A DNA stretch of 57,790 nucleotides from Candidatus Sericytochromatia bacterium (GTDB taxonomy: Bacteria; Cyanobacteriota; Sericytochromatia; S15B-MN24; UBA4093), in contig JAKFCT010000101.1 in NCBI GenBank assembly GCA_036676495.1, forward strand, positions 1 to 57,790. The letters are read 5' to 3'. The translations under genes and the position numbers were made by a program. Numbering within the stretch: the stretch's first letter is position 1; each line of letters begins with the position of its first letter. Below are positions 38,690 to 48,438 of the stretch, piece by piece. A model generated the notes under the pieces. It was not told the DNA's origin, did no database searches, and saw nothing but the letters and a program-made list of their open reading frames with translations.

Positions 38690-40517
38690 CCGGATCATCG
38701 TCGTCGGCGGTGGCCTCGCGGGCCTCATGACGGTCATCAAGGCCGCCGAGGCCGGGGTCAACGTCGATCTTTTCTCCGTCGTTCCCGTCAAGCGCTCGCA
38801 CTCGGTTTGCGCGCAGGGCGGCATCAACGGCGCCGTCAACACCCGCGGCGAGGGAGACTCCACGTGGGAGCACTTCGACGACTCCATCTACGGAGGCGAC
38901 TTCCTCGCTAACCAGCCGCCCGTCAAGGCCATGTGCGACGCCGCCCCCGGCATCATCTACCTCTTCGATCGCATGGGCGTGCCCTTCAACCGCACCCCCG
39001 AAGGCCTCCTGGACTTCCGTCGCTTCGGCGGCACCAAGCACCACCGGACCGCCTTCGCCGGCGCCACCACCGGCCAGCAGCTCCTCTACGCGCTGGACGA
39101 GCAGGTCCGCCGCTGGGAAGTCGCCGGCAAGGTCACCAAATACGAAGGCTGGGAGTTCCTCGAGGCCATCATCGACGACGACGGCATCTGCCGCGGCATG
39201 GTCGCCCAGAACATGCGCACGATGGAGATCAAGCCCTTCACGGCCGGAGCCACCGTGCTCGCGACCGGCGGCATCGGCATGGTCTACGGCAAGTCCACCA
39301 ACTCGCTGATCAACACGGGCTCCGCGCAGGCGGCGGTCTACCAGCAGGGCGCCAAGTACGCCAACGGCGAGATGATCCAGGTCCACCCGACCTCGATTCC
39401 CGCCGCCGACAAGCTCCGCTTGATGTCCGAGTCCATCCGCGGCGAGGGCGGGCGCGTCTGGGTGCCCAAGGACGGCAAGCCCTGGTACTTCCTCGAGGAG
39501 TGGTACCCCGCCTACGGCAACCTCGTGCCCCGCGACATCGCCACCCGCGCGATCTTCAAGGTCTGCGTCGAGCTGAAGATGGGCGTCGGCGGCGAGAACG
39601 TCGTCTACCTCGACGTCAGCCACCTCGATCCCAAGATGCTCGAGCGCAAGCTCGGCGGCGTCCTCGAGATCTACGAGGAGTTCGTGGGCGACGACCCCAA
39701 GAAGGTCCCCATGAAGATCTTCCCGGGCATGCACTACACCATGGGCGGCCTCTGGGTCGACTACGACCAGATGACCAACATCCCCGGCCTGTTCGCGGTC
39801 GGCGAGTGCGAGTACCAGTACCACGGCGCCAACCGCCTGGGCGCAAACTCGCTCTTGTCCACCGTCTACGCCGGCATGGTCGCGGGCCCCAAGGCCTCCG
39901 AGTACATGAAGAAGCAAGCCAAGGTCGAGGTCAAGTCCTCGATCGTCGAGGCCGCCCGCAAGCGCGCCCAGGAGCGCTACGATAGCCTGCTGGCCATGCG
40001 CGGCACCGAGAACCCCTACGTCATCCACAAGGAACTCGGCGAGCTGATGACCAACAACGTCACGGTCGTCCGCTACAACAAGAACCTCGAGGAGACCCTG
40101 GTCAAGCTCGACGATCTCACCGAGCGCTGGAAGCGCATCAACATCGATGATTCCGCCGGCTACTCCAACCAGGCCGTGCCTTTCACCCGGCACCTCTGGA
40201 ACATGCTCGTGCTCGCCAAGATCATCACCAAGGGCGCGCTTCTGCGCAACGAGTCCCGCGGCTCCCACTACAAGCCCGAGTTCCCCGAGCGCGACGATGC
40301 GAACTTCCTCAAGACCACCATCGCCGAGTGGACCCCCGACGGCCCCCGGATCTCCTACGAGCCGGTCGACACCAGCTTGATCAAGCCCCGTCCCCGCAAG
40401 TACGACGTGGACAAGCAGGCGGCGGCCTCTGCTCCGGCTCCGGGCTCGCTTGACGCGAAGCTCGCCGCCGAATCCGCGGAGTCCGAGGATAAGAAGACCA
40501 AGGAGGAGTGCCAGTAA
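38679..40517 (+). CDS. sdhA: Succinate dehydrogenase flavoprotein subunit
   Basis: GGGLAG, RSHSVCAQGGIN, QVHPT, HYTMGG, HGANRLGANSL, ESRGSH. Confidence 0.97.
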   Translation: MDANRIIVVGGGLAGLMTVIKAAEAGVNVDLFSVVPVKRSHSVCAQGGINGAVNTRGEGDSTWEHFDDSIYGGDFLANQPPVKAMCDAAPGIIYLFDRMGVPFNRTPEGLLDFRRFGGTKHHRTAFAGATTGQQLLYALDEQVRRWEVAGKVTKYEGWEFLEAIIDDDGICRGMVAQNMRTMEIKPFTAGATVLATGGIGMVYGKSTNSLINTGSAQAAVYQQGAKYANGEMIQVHPTSIPAADKLRLMSESIRGEGGRVWVPKDGKPWYFLEEWYPAYGNLVPRDIATRAIFKVCVELKMGVGGENVVYLDVSHLDPKMLERKLGGVLEIYEEFVGDDPKKVPMKIFPGMHYTMGGLWVDYDQMTNIPGLFAVGECEYQYHGANRLGANSLLSTVYAGMVAGPKASEYMKKQAKVEVKSSIVEAARKRAQERYDSLLAMRGTENPYVIHKELGELMTNNVTVVRYNKNLEETLVKLDDLTERWKRINIDDSAGYSNQAVPFTRHLWNMLVLAKIITKGALLRNESRGSHYKPEFPERDDANFLKTTIAEWTPDGPRISYEPVDTSLIKPRPRKYDVDKQAAASAPAPGSLDAKLAAESAESEDKKTKEECQ

Positions 40518-41278
40518 TGTCCAAGACCGTCACCCTCCGCATCCGGAGACAGGATGGCCCCAGCCAGTCCCCCCGCTGGGAGGAGTTCAAGATTCCCCAT
40601 CAGCCCGGCCTGAACATCATCGCCGCCCTGATGGAGATCCAGCGCAACCCCGTCAACGCCCAGGGCGAGAAGGTCTCCCCCGTCGTCTGGGAAGCCTCCT
40701 GCCTCGAGAAGGTCTGCGGCGCCTGCTCCATGGTCATCAACGGCCAGGCCATGCAGGCCTGCGCCACGCTCGTGGACAAGATCGCCCCCAACGGCGAGAC
40801 CATCACCCTCGAGCCCATGAGCAAGGCCTTCCCGATGGTCCGCGACCTCGTCGTCGACCGTCAGAAGCACTTCGAGCAGCTCAAGGAGATCCACGGCTGG
40901 ATCGACATCGACGGCTCCCATGACCTCGGCCCCGGGCCGCGCATGAGCCCCGAGGACGCCGAAGTCATGTACGAGCTCTCCAAGTGCATGAGCTGCGGCG
41001 TCTGCTACGAAGCCTGCCCCAACGTCAACGAGCGCTCGCCCTTCATGGGGCCGGCCATCATGAGCTGGGTTCGGCGCTTCAACATGCACCCGTCCGGCAA
41101 GCACTTCTCGACCGAGCGCCTCGAAGCCCTCATGGGAACCGGCGGAGTCAACGATTGCGGCAACTCGCAGAACTGCGTGAAGGCCTGCCCCAAGGGCATT
41201 CCCCTCACCACCTCGATCGCCGCGATGAAGCGCGACACCACCATGCACGGCCTGCTGGGCTTCCTCCAGAAGCCTTAG
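40517..41278 (+). CDS. sdhB: Succinate dehydrogenase iron-sulfur subunit
   Basis: CLEKVCGAC, CMSCGVCYEACP, CGNSQNCVKACP. Confidence 0.97.
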   Translation: MSKTVTLRIRRQDGPSQSPRWEEFKIPHQPGLNIIAALMEIQRNPVNAQGEKVSPVVWEASCLEKVCGACSMVINGQAMQACATLVDKIAPNGETITLEPMSKAFPMVRDLVVDRQKHFEQLKEIHGWIDIDGSHDLGPGPRMSPEDAEVMYELSKCMSCGVCYEACPNVNERSPFMGPAIMSWVRRFNMHPSGKHFSTERLEALMGTGGVNDCGNSQNCVKACPKGIPLTTSIAAMKRDTTMHGLLGFLQKP

Positions 41279-41301
41279 CACCCGCCGCTGTTTCGAAAGT
41301 C

Positions 41302-41325
41302 GGGGCGCGCCAATTGGCGCGCCCC
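41302..41325. terminator. Palindromic hairpin after sdhB
   Basis: ggggcgcgccaattggcgcgcccc, perfect palindrome. Confidence 0.6.
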
Positions 41326-41343
41326 TTCTGGTATCATGAACCC

Positions 41344-41517
41344 ATGAACGCTAAAGCCATCCTGCCTAACGCCCTCATGCTGGTGGGCATCGCCCACATG
41401 CCTTACGCCTTCTACCTCGGCATGACCCAGGGGATGGGGCCCGAGATGAAGTTCTTCACCATCGGCTTCTTCCTCTTCTGGTCCGGCTACTTCCTCAAGA
41501 AGATCCTCAAAGCCTAA
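41344..41517 (+). CDS. Small two-TM membrane protein, 57 aa
   Basis: MNAKAILPNALMLVGIAHMPYAFYLG...FFTIGFFLFWSGYFLKK; typical codon bias; TATCAT 6 nt upstream. Confidence 0.7.
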   Translation: MNAKAILPNALMLVGIAHMPYAFYLGMTQGMGPEMKFFTIGFFLFWSGYFLKKILKA

Positions 41518-41528
41518 AAGGAGACCCC

Positions 41529-42818
41529 GTGGCCAGCCTCATCACCGCCCAGCGCGGGACCCGCGACGTCCTGCCTCCCGAATCCGCCCTCTGGCAACGC
41601 ATCGAAGATGCGGCCCGCCGCTTCTTCGATTGCTACCACGTCCAGGAGATCCGCACTCCGATCTTCGAGGCCACGGAGCTCTTCACCCGCGGAGTCGGCG
41701 AGGCCACGGACATCGTCTCCAAGGAGATGTACACCTTCACCGATCGCGGCGATCGCTCCGTCACCCTCCGCCCGGAAGGCACCGCCGGCGTCGTCCGCGC
41801 CTACCTTCAAGGCAAGCTCGGCGCCACCCAGCCCCTGCCCGTGAAGCTCTGGTACGGCGGAGCGATGTTCCGCTACGAGCGCCCGCAAGCCGGCCGCCAG
41901 CGCCAGTTCCACCAGATCGGGGTCGAGGCCCTGGGCTCCGCGGAGCCCAAGCTCGACGCCGAGGTCATCACCCTCGCCATCGACCTCTTCGACTCCCTCG
42001 GGGTCAAGGGCCTCGAGGTCCAGCTCAACAGCCTCGGCTGCGCCGAGTGCCGCCCCCGCTACCGCGAGACCCTGGTGACGTTCTTCGAGAGCCGGAAGGC
42101 CGACTACTGCGAGACCTGCCTCGATCGCATGGATACCAATCCCCTGCGCGTGCTCGATTGCAAGGTGCCCGCCTGCCGGGAGATCAATGCCGCCGCGCCC
42201 AGCCTGCAGGACGTCCTCTGCGAGGCGTGCCGCGAGCACCAGGGCGCCGTTCTGGGCTACCTGGACGCCGTCGGCATCCGTTACGCGCTGAACCCACGCC
42301 TCGTCCGGGGGCTCGACTACTACACCCGCACCGTCTTCGAGATCGTCGCCACCGAGAAGCTCGGCTCTCAGAACACCGTCTGCGCCGGCGGCCGCTATGA
42401 CGGCCTCGTCGAAGAGCTCGGAGGCCCTCCCACCCCCGCCGTCGGCTGGGCTTTCGGCATGGAGCGGCTGGCAATCCTGCTGGAGGACACGCTCGAAGAG
42501 GTGGGCATCGACCTTTACCTCGTGGCGATGGGCCCAGAGGCCGAGAAGGCCGCGTTCACGCTCGCGCATGGCCTGCGTTCGGGCGGCGCGAAGGTCGAGC
42601 TCAACTACGCCAAGCGCAAGCTCGACAAGCAGTTCGCCCAGGCCGAAAAGCTAGGGGCGCGCTACATCGGCATCCTCGGCGATGCGGAGCTGGCCGAGGG
42701 GCAGATCCGGATCAAGGACCTGGCCACCCGCGAGGAAAGCCTGGTGCCGCTGAACCCGGAGGAGGTGCGACGCCGCCTGGCGGCCGCCGCGCCTCTGAAA
42801 GCCCCGCTGAACAGCTAG
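41529..42818 (+). CDS. hisS: Histidine-tRNA ligase
   Basis: RGTRD, KEMYTF, LRPEGTA, FRYERPQAGRQRQFHQ, LVRGLDYY, GGRYDGL. Confidence 0.98.
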   Translation: MASLITAQRGTRDVLPPESALWQRIEDAARRFFDCYHVQEIRTPIFEATELFTRGVGEATDIVSKEMYTFTDRGDRSVTLRPEGTAGVVRAYLQGKLGATQPLPVKLWYGGAMFRYERPQAGRQRQFHQIGVEALGSAEPKLDAEVITLAIDLFDSLGVKGLEVQLNSLGCAECRPRYRETLVTFFESRKADYCETCLDRMDTNPLRVLDCKVPACREINAAAPSLQDVLCEACREHQGAVLGYLDAVGIRYALNPRLVRGLDYYTRTVFEIVATEKLGSQNTVCAGGRYDGLVEELGGPPTPAVGWAFGMERLAILLEDTLEEVGIDLYLVAMGPEAEKAAFTLAHGLRSGGAKVELNYAKRKLDKQFAQAEKLGARYIGILGDAELAEGQIRIKDLATREESLVPLNPEEVRRRLAAAAPLKAPLNS

Positions 42819-42826
42819 CAACCCTC

Positions 42827-42856
42827 AGCCCGCCGCGACTGCCGTGGCGGGCTTTT
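42827..42856 (+). terminator. Terminator after hisS
   Basis: agcccgcc...ggcgggct followed by tttt. Confidence 0.7.
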
Positions 42857-42956
42857 GTGTGTCAATCACTGCCAAGCGCCAAAGCAGTGCTATAATAGGC
42901 GCACCTGGACATCGGCTCCAGGACGCGATTTGAGCCTTCCCCCTGCGAGGAGCGTC

Positions 42957-43823
42957 ATGCCGCTGCTGGAACGCGAAACCCATCCGCGACTCCCCATCCC
43001 CGAGCCCTGGACGCTTGCGGGCCGCTCCTTCGTCTGGGGCGCGCGGACCTACGTGATGGGCATCGTGAACGTCACTCCCGACTCGTTTTCGGATGGAGGA
43101 CGCATGGATCCCGAGGCGGCGATCGCCCATGCCGAGCGCCTGCTCGCGGAAGGCGCGGATATCCTCGACCTGGGCGGCGAGTCCACCCGGCCCGGCAGCC
43201 AGCCGGTCTCCGCGGAGGTCGAACTCGCGCGACTCCTCCCCGTGATCCGCGCGCTGGCCGAACGCGGCGCCGTGATCTCGGTCGATACCTTCAAGCCGGA
43301 GGTCGCCGACCGCGCGCTGGAGGCGGGCGCGGCGATCATCAACGACATCAGCGGGCTGCGCGATCCCGCCATGCTCGACGTGGCCGTCCGCCACCGGGCC
43401 CCGGTGATCGCCATGCACATGCAGGGCACGCCCCAGACCATGCAGGACGATCCGCGCTACGCGGACGTCGTGGCCGAGGTGCATGCCGAACTGGCCGCGG
43501 CCGTCCGTCAGGCGCGCGCGCGCGGCGTGGCGGTCATGGTCGATCCCGGCATCGGCTTCGGCAAGACCCAGGAGCATAACCTCACGCTCCTGCGCCATCT
43601 CGACCGGCTGCACGTGGAGGGCTGTCCGATGCTGCTGGGCACCTCGCGCAAGGGCTTCCTCGGGAAGATCCTGGACCTGCCGGTCCATGAGCGCGTCGAG
43701 GGCACCATGGCGACCGTCGCCCTGGGCGTGAGCCAAGGCGTCGACGTGGTAAGGGTTCACGACGTGAAGGAAGCCGTGCGCACCGTCCGGGTGGCCGACG
43801 CCATCGTGCGGGGACGGCCATGA
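42957..43823 (+). CDS. folP: Dihydropteroate synthase
   Basis: MGIVNVTPDSFSDGG, GGESTRPG, DPGIGFGK, SRK, RVHDV; TGcTATAAT at 42888-42896. Confidence 0.96.
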   Translation: MPLLERETHPRLPIPEPWTLAGRSFVWGARTYVMGIVNVTPDSFSDGGRMDPEAAIAHAERLLAEGADILDLGGESTRPGSQPVSAEVELARLLPVIRALAERGAVISVDTFKPEVADRALEAGAAIINDISGLRDPAMLDVAVRHRAPVIAMHMQGTPQTMQDDPRYADVVAEVHAELAAAVRQARARGVAVMVDPGIGFGKTQEHNLTLLRHLDRLHVEGCPMLLGTSRKGFLGKILDLPVHERVEGTMATVALGVSQGVDVVRVHDVKEAVRTVRVADAIVRGRP

Positions 43824-44182
43824 CGGATCGGATTCACGTCGAAGGCATCGAAGCCTACGGCTACCACGGCGTCTTCCCCGAGGAGCGCACGCTGGGTCAG
43901 ACGTTGATCGTGGACCTTTCGGTGGATTGCGACCTGCGCCCCGCGGGGCTCAGCGATCGCATGGAAGACAGCCTCAGCTACGTCGATCTGGAGGCGATCG
44001 CCCGAGACGTGGTGGAGCACACGCCCTACCAGCTGATCGAGGCGGTGGCCGAGGCGATCGCGGAGAGAATCTTGAAGCTGCCGCTGGCCCAGGGGGTCAG
44101 GGTGAAAGTGGCGAAGCCGCGGGTGCCGCACCCGGGAGTTCGCGGGCGGGTCTCGGTCGAGATCATGCGAAAGAAAGGATGA
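43820..44182 (+). CDS. folB: Dihydroneopterin aldolase
   Basis: YGYHGVFPEERTLGQ, LIEAVAE, KP. Confidence 0.93.
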   Translation: MTDRIHVEGIEAYGYHGVFPEERTLGQTLIVDLSVDCDLRPAGLSDRMEDSLSYVDLEAIARDVVEHTPYQLIEAVAEAIAERILKLPLAQGVRVKVAKPRVPHPGVRGRVSVEIMRKKG

Positions 44183-44187
44183 GGAGA

Positions 44188-44688
44188 ATGCCAACCGTCT
44201 ACCTGGGACTCGGCTCGAATGTCGGCGATCGCGAGGACTACCTGAAGCGGGCCGTCGAACTCCTCGACAAGCACCCGCTGATCGAGGTGAAAAAGATTTC
44301 GAGCTTCTACGAGACCGAGCCGCTGGAATACCCGGACCAGGGCTGGTTCGTGAACGCGGTCGTCGAGGCGGAGACGGGGCTGCTGCCGATGCCCCTCCTG
44401 GATGCCCTGCAAGGGATGGAGACGAAGCTGCAGCGCGAGTGCACCATTCGTTGGGGTCCCCGGACGATCGACCTGGACATCTTGCTCTACGACGACGAGC
44501 TGCTCTCGGAGCCGCGCCTGCAGATCCCGCATATCCGCATGCACGACCGGACCTTCGTGCTGGTGCCCCTGGCGGAGATCGCCCCGGACCTCGTGCATCC
44601 GGTCCTCGGGCAGACCATGGCGGAGCTGCTGGAGAGCCAGCCCAACAAGACCGGCTACCGGCCCTTGGTCCCCGAGACCCAAGCCTAA
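44188..44688 (+). CDS. folK: 6-hydroxymethyl-7,8-dihydropterin pyrophosphokinase
   Basis: YLGLGSN, YETEP, WGPRTIDLDIL, PH...RTFVLVPL. Confidence 0.95.
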   Translation: MPTVYLGLGSNVGDREDYLKRAVELLDKHPLIEVKKISSFYETEPLEYPDQGWFVNAVVEAETGLLPMPLLDALQGMETKLQRECTIRWGPRTIDLDILLYDDELLSEPRLQIPHIRMHDRTFVLVPLAEIAPDLVHPVLGQTMAELLESQPNKTGYRPLVPETQA

Positions 44689-44693
44689 CTGTG

Positions 44694-44726
44694 AAAAGCC
44701 CCCCGGCGTTTGCCGGGGGGCTTTTT
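44694..44726. terminator. Bidirectional terminator
   Basis: A-run, GC-rich stem around a gttt loop, then T-run. Confidence 0.88.
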
Positions 44727-45127
44727 CATGCGAGGGCTTGCCGGGAACTGGTCGCCGCGTTCTCGGGTGGAAGGTAGCGCCCCACGACCTCCAGGAGTTC
44801 CCTCCGGGTGAAGGGCTTCGAGAGGTAGCCGTCGCAACCGACGGCAAGGGCCTCCTGGCGATCGGACGCAAAGGCCAAGGCCGTCAAGGCGACGATCGGG
44901 ATCTCCTGGGTTCGCGCGTCGGCCTTGAGCAAGCGGGTGGCCTCATGTCCGTTCATGATCGGCATGAGGACGTCCATGAGAATGAGGTCAGGAGTCGACT
45001 CGAACGCCTTGGCGACGGCCTCGCGCCCGTTCTCCGCGAACAGCAGCGAATAGCCCTGGCTCAAGAGCATCAGTTCGATGATCTTGCGAGAATTCGGGTC
45101 GTCGTCGACCACTAAGATCCGCAGCAT
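44726..45127 (-). CDS. Single-domain response regulator (DivK/CheY-like)
   Basis: ILVVDD, DLILMD, ALTA, GCDGYLSKP; AGGAGG RBS. Confidence 0.92.
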   Translation of the reverse strand: MLRILVVDDDPNSRKIIELMLLSQGYSLLFAENGREAVAKAFESTPDLILMDVLMPIMNGHEATRLLKADARTQEIPIVALTALAFASDRQEALAVGCDGYLSKPFTRRELLEVVGRYLPPENAATSSRQALA

Positions 45128-45454
45128 AAGCGATCCTCCTGTCACCCAAGGAACGCGGGGGCTATCCCCCTCTCGCTCCCTATGTGAAAGTATAAGATTT
45201 ATGAACAATCTTGTCAATTTCCTTTGCAAACTTTTGTTTGCTTGAAAGGAATCGGTTGGCGCTCCTCCTTGTCAACAAGGAGGAAAAGCCGCGCATCAAC
45301 ATAACTGCAAGTCGCTTTATGCGCCGAGGAGACCAACAGGGGCGGAACTCCGCCTCCTGTTGATAACCTACCCCTGGCTACACGAATCGTAACAATATTT
45401 CGTCTTGAAGCTTGAAGCTTTGTGAGGCCGATCACCGACCGATGGGCCGCTCGA

Positions 45455-46417
45455 TCAGGCGTCAGGGCGCGGGCTGCCGAGGATCAAGCCCGCGTGAAGC
45501 TCGCGCCACCCGCGGGCGGCTTCGGCCGCCGGCTGCGGCTTCTTGCCGGGAACCTGGACTCCCGTGACCAGGAGAATGCCCTCACCGGTCGCCACGCGCC
45601 AGCCCTCCGGGGTCAAGGCCAGGAGCGTGCCGGGCTCCGCTCCCTCGGCGGATTCATGGGTCAAGCGGGCGCTGCCGATCTTGATCGGCTGGCCGGCGAG
45701 GGTGGTGCTGGTTCCGGGCCAGGGCTGAAGGGCGCGGATGCGGTTGTGAAGGGAGCGTGCATCCTGGGTCCAGTCCAGGATGCCCATGTCCTTCTTGATC
45801 ATCGGGGCGTAGACGGCCCCCTCTCCTTGCACGCGGGGCTGGATCCGGCCTTCGGTCCAGAGGGGAAGGGTTTCGAGCAGGAGGCTGGCCCCCATCTCGG
45901 AGAGACGTTTGGAGAGGGATTCGCTGGTCTCGTCCTCGGCGATGGGGGTCTTGGCTTCCAGGAGGATGGGGCCGGTATCGAGGCCTTCTTCCATGAGCAT
46001 GGTATCGACCCCGGTCTCGGCGTCTCCGTGGAGGAGGGCCCACTGGATCGGGGCGGCTCCCCGGAAGCGGGGCAGGAGCGAGGCGTGAACGTTGATGGCT
46101 CCGAAGCGGGGGATCTCCAGGACCTCGCGGGGCAGGATCTGGCCGAAGGCGACCACGACGATGAGATCGGGGGCGAGATCGCGCAGGGTCTGGATCATCG
46201 CGGCGTCTCCGCGCAGGCGCTCCGGCTGCAGGACCGGGATAGCGTGCTCCAGGGCCAGGGCCTTCACGGGGGGCATGGCGAGCTTCTGGCCGCGTCCGAC
46301 GGGGCGGTCGGGCTGGGTGAAGACGGCGGCGATCGGGTAGCCGGCCGTGATCAAGGCCTGGAGGGTGGGGACCGCGAAGGCGGGGGTTCCCATGAAGACG
46401 ATGCGGGGTTTGGACAT
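45455..46417 (-). CDS. fmt: Methionyl-tRNA formyltransferase
   Basis: FMGTPAFA, TQPDRPVGRG, NVHASLLPRFRGAAPIQ, LDTG. Confidence 0.96.
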   Translation of the reverse strand: MSKPRIVFMGTPAFAVPTLQALITAGYPIAAVFTQPDRPVGRGQKLAMPPVKALALEHAIPVLQPERLRGDAAMIQTLRDLAPDLIVVVAFGQILPREVLEIPRFGAINVHASLLPRFRGAAPIQWALLHGDAETGVDTMLMEEGLDTGPILLEAKTPIAEDETSESLSKRLSEMGASLLLETLPLWTEGRIQPRVQGEGAVYAPMIKKDMGILDWTQDARSLHNRIRALQPWPGTSTTLAGQPIKIGSARLTHESAEGAEPGTLLALTPEGWRVATGEGILLVTGVQVPGKKPQPAAEAARGWRELHAGLILGSPRPDA

Positions 46418-46620
46418 GCAGCGGATTCCTTACTACAGCCGCGGGCGCGACCACGTGGCCGAGGGTCTACGACGATGGGGCGAGCCTCCATGGTACCAAA
46501 AGCGAAGGCCCGGAGCCGTGCTCCAGGCCATGTTTTGGATAAGCGCGCCTCGAACGAGTCTCCGAGCGCCGCCATGACGGCGCTCGGCGCGGGTCTTCCC
46601 GATTTTGCGGGGGGGGGTGT

Positions 46621-46800
46621 TTAGGGCTTCGCCTTTCGAATCAGTTCCTTGAGGCGCTCGAGGGGATCCGTGGTGGGAGCGATCTCGTCGAGTTCGGACT
46701 CGGTGATCTTGGGAGGGCGACGCTCATCGAGCATGCGGTCCACCAGACCCGGGAGTTCGCCAGTACCGACATGAACACGTTTGGGCAGAGAACTCTGCAT
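46621..46800 (-). CDS. Small hypothetical protein, 59 aa
   Basis: ATG 1 nt after the stop of the upstream small ORF; MQSSLPKRVHVGTGELPGLVDRMLDE... Confidence 0.45.
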   Translation of the reverse strand: MQSSLPKRVHVGTGELPGLVDRMLDERRPPKITESELDEIAPTTDPLERLKELIRKAKP

Positions 46801-46801
46801 T

Positions 46802-46948
46802 TTACACCGCCATCTGAAGCGCCGCCCACTCTTCGTCGAGGGCGCATTCCACACATTGCTTATATTCGATCAGCAGACCACGAGCCTGGGGGGAATCGGC
46901 ATGGTCGATTGCCGTGTCGATCAATTGAAGGTAAGCAACAAGGCTCAT
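46802..46948 (-). CDS. Small hypothetical protein, 48 aa
   Basis: AGGAGG upstream; MSLVAYLQLIDTAIDHADSPQARGLLIEYKQCVECALDEEWAALQMAV; lower GC than flanks. Confidence 0.45.
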   Translation of the reverse strand: MSLVAYLQLIDTAIDHADSPQARGLLIEYKQCVECALDEEWAALQMAV

Positions 46949-47178
46949 AAGTTGGAAAAACCTCCTGAGATTCGGGGCCTCCAAGAGTATTTTAGTCGCA
47001 TGAGCACGAGGCTTGCCTGATTTTTACATTAGTTTAGAGCGTCCAACGTAATCTGCCCTTGCGACGCACGCGTCGCCAAAGGCTTTCATCCGGAGATGAG
47101 GGGGAGTTAAGGCATGAATGGGCGGGCCGGAGTTGCGCGCGGGACGCGTGCGCCTTACCATGGCCCCAGGAGGTGCCG

Positions 47179-47757
47179 ATGTCGCCCTGGATTGTCGATT
47201 TCTTCGCCCCGGTCTATGACCGCGTCAACCACCCCTGGATCGTGGATCCCGCACGGGTGCTGGCGCTCCTGGGGCTGGAAGGCTCCGAGCGGGTGCTGGA
47301 TGTGGCGGGAGGCACCGGGGCGGTGGCCCAGGCGCTGGTCCAGGCCACGCGGGCGCACGTGACGGTGCTGGACTCCTCGAGCAAGATGCTCGCGCAGGTG
47401 CCTGCGCACAAGCGCATCCAGACGGTGCATGGCCTCGCCACCAGCCTGCCCTTCCAGGCCGAGACCTTCGACGTGGTCCTCTGCACGTCGGCCCTGCACC
47501 AGCTCGACCCTCAAAACATCGCGCTTGCGGCCATGCGCCGAGTGCTCAAGCCCGGAGGCCGGCTGCTGATCGTGGACTTCGATCCCCAGGGGCTCGCAGG
47601 CCCTTTCCTCTCATGGGGGGAAAGCCTGCTCAAGCAAGGTCATCAGTACCTGGCCCCTTCCGAGCTGGAAGGCCTGCTCAAGGAGGCGGGGTTCGTCGGC
47701 CGATTCGCCCCGTTCTCCCTCATCCAGTACGCCTTCCTAGGCAGCAAGGCCCTCTAG
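47179..47757 (+). CDS. Class I SAM-dependent methyltransferase (UbiE-like)
   Basis: VLDVAGGTG, LPF..ETFD, RVLKPGG; AGGAGGT RBS. Confidence 0.88.
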   Translation: MSPWIVDFFAPVYDRVNHPWIVDPARVLALLGLEGSERVLDVAGGTGAVAQALVQATRAHVTVLDSSSKMLAQVPAHKRIQTVHGLATSLPFQAETFDVVLCTSALHQLDPQNIALAAMRRVLKPGGRLLIVDFDPQGLAGPFLSWGESLLKQGHQYLAPSELEGLLKEAGFVGRFAPFSLIQYAFLGSKAL

Positions 47758-47770
47758 CCTGCGCTAGGCG

Positions 47771-48301
47771 CTAGCCGCCGTACAGGCGGCGGTGGGCCTG
47801 GCTGTAGACCACGTAGTTCTCGGCGGTCACGCCGATGATGCGGGAGAGACCTTCCGGCACCTGCTTGAGCACCTTGGCGGGAATCCCCACCACCAGCGAG
47901 TTCGGCGGCACGATCATCTTCTCGGGGACGACCGCTCCGGCTCCGACCACCGAGCCCTTGCCGATGATGGCGCCGTTGAGGATGGTGGCCCGCATCCCGA
48001 TCAGGCAATCATCCTCGACCGTGGCGCCGTGCACGATGGCGCCATGCCCCAGGCTGACGCGATCCCCCAGGATGCAGGGGTCCTCCGAGCCGACGTGAAG
48101 GATGCAGCCGTCCTGGACGTTGGTGTCGGCGCCGATGCGGATGGGCGCGATGTCCCCGCGGACGACGGCCTGATAATAGACCGAGGAGCGGGGTCCCATG
48201 GTCACGGCCCCGATCACGGTGGCGTTGGGAGCGATCCACGCGCTGGGATCGATCTGAAGATCGTCGAGTAGCGTGAAGGTTTCGGGGTCGACGCGTTCCA
48301 T
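47771..48301 (-). CDS. Gamma carbonic anhydrase family protein
   Basis: RGD, NVQDGCILH, GHGAIVHG, hexapeptide repeats. Confidence 0.92.
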   Translation of the reverse strand: MERVDPETFTLLDDLQIDPSAWIAPNATVIGAVTMGPRSSVYYQAVVRGDIAPIRIGADTNVQDGCILHVGSEDPCILGDRVSLGHGAIVHGATVEDDCLIGMRATILNGAIIGKGSVVGAGAVVPEKMIVPPNSLVVGIPAKVLKQVPEGLSRIIGVTAENYVVYSQAHRRLYGG

Positions 48302-48438
48302 GCAGTCCTCCTGGGGGTCGGTCGTGGGGAAGGGGGCGGCGAGCATCGCCTCGGGGAAACTCGGCTTTTTTGGTCAAAGCCAACCCGGTCGGTATGGGTA
48401 TAATAGCCCAAAGCCTTGCCTTCAGGGGGGAAAACGCC

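Noticed and set aside
45128-45454. AT-rich intergenic region as ncRNA or foreign DNA
   Set aside because: No stable structure or convincing ORF; best explained as the promoter region of the response regulator.
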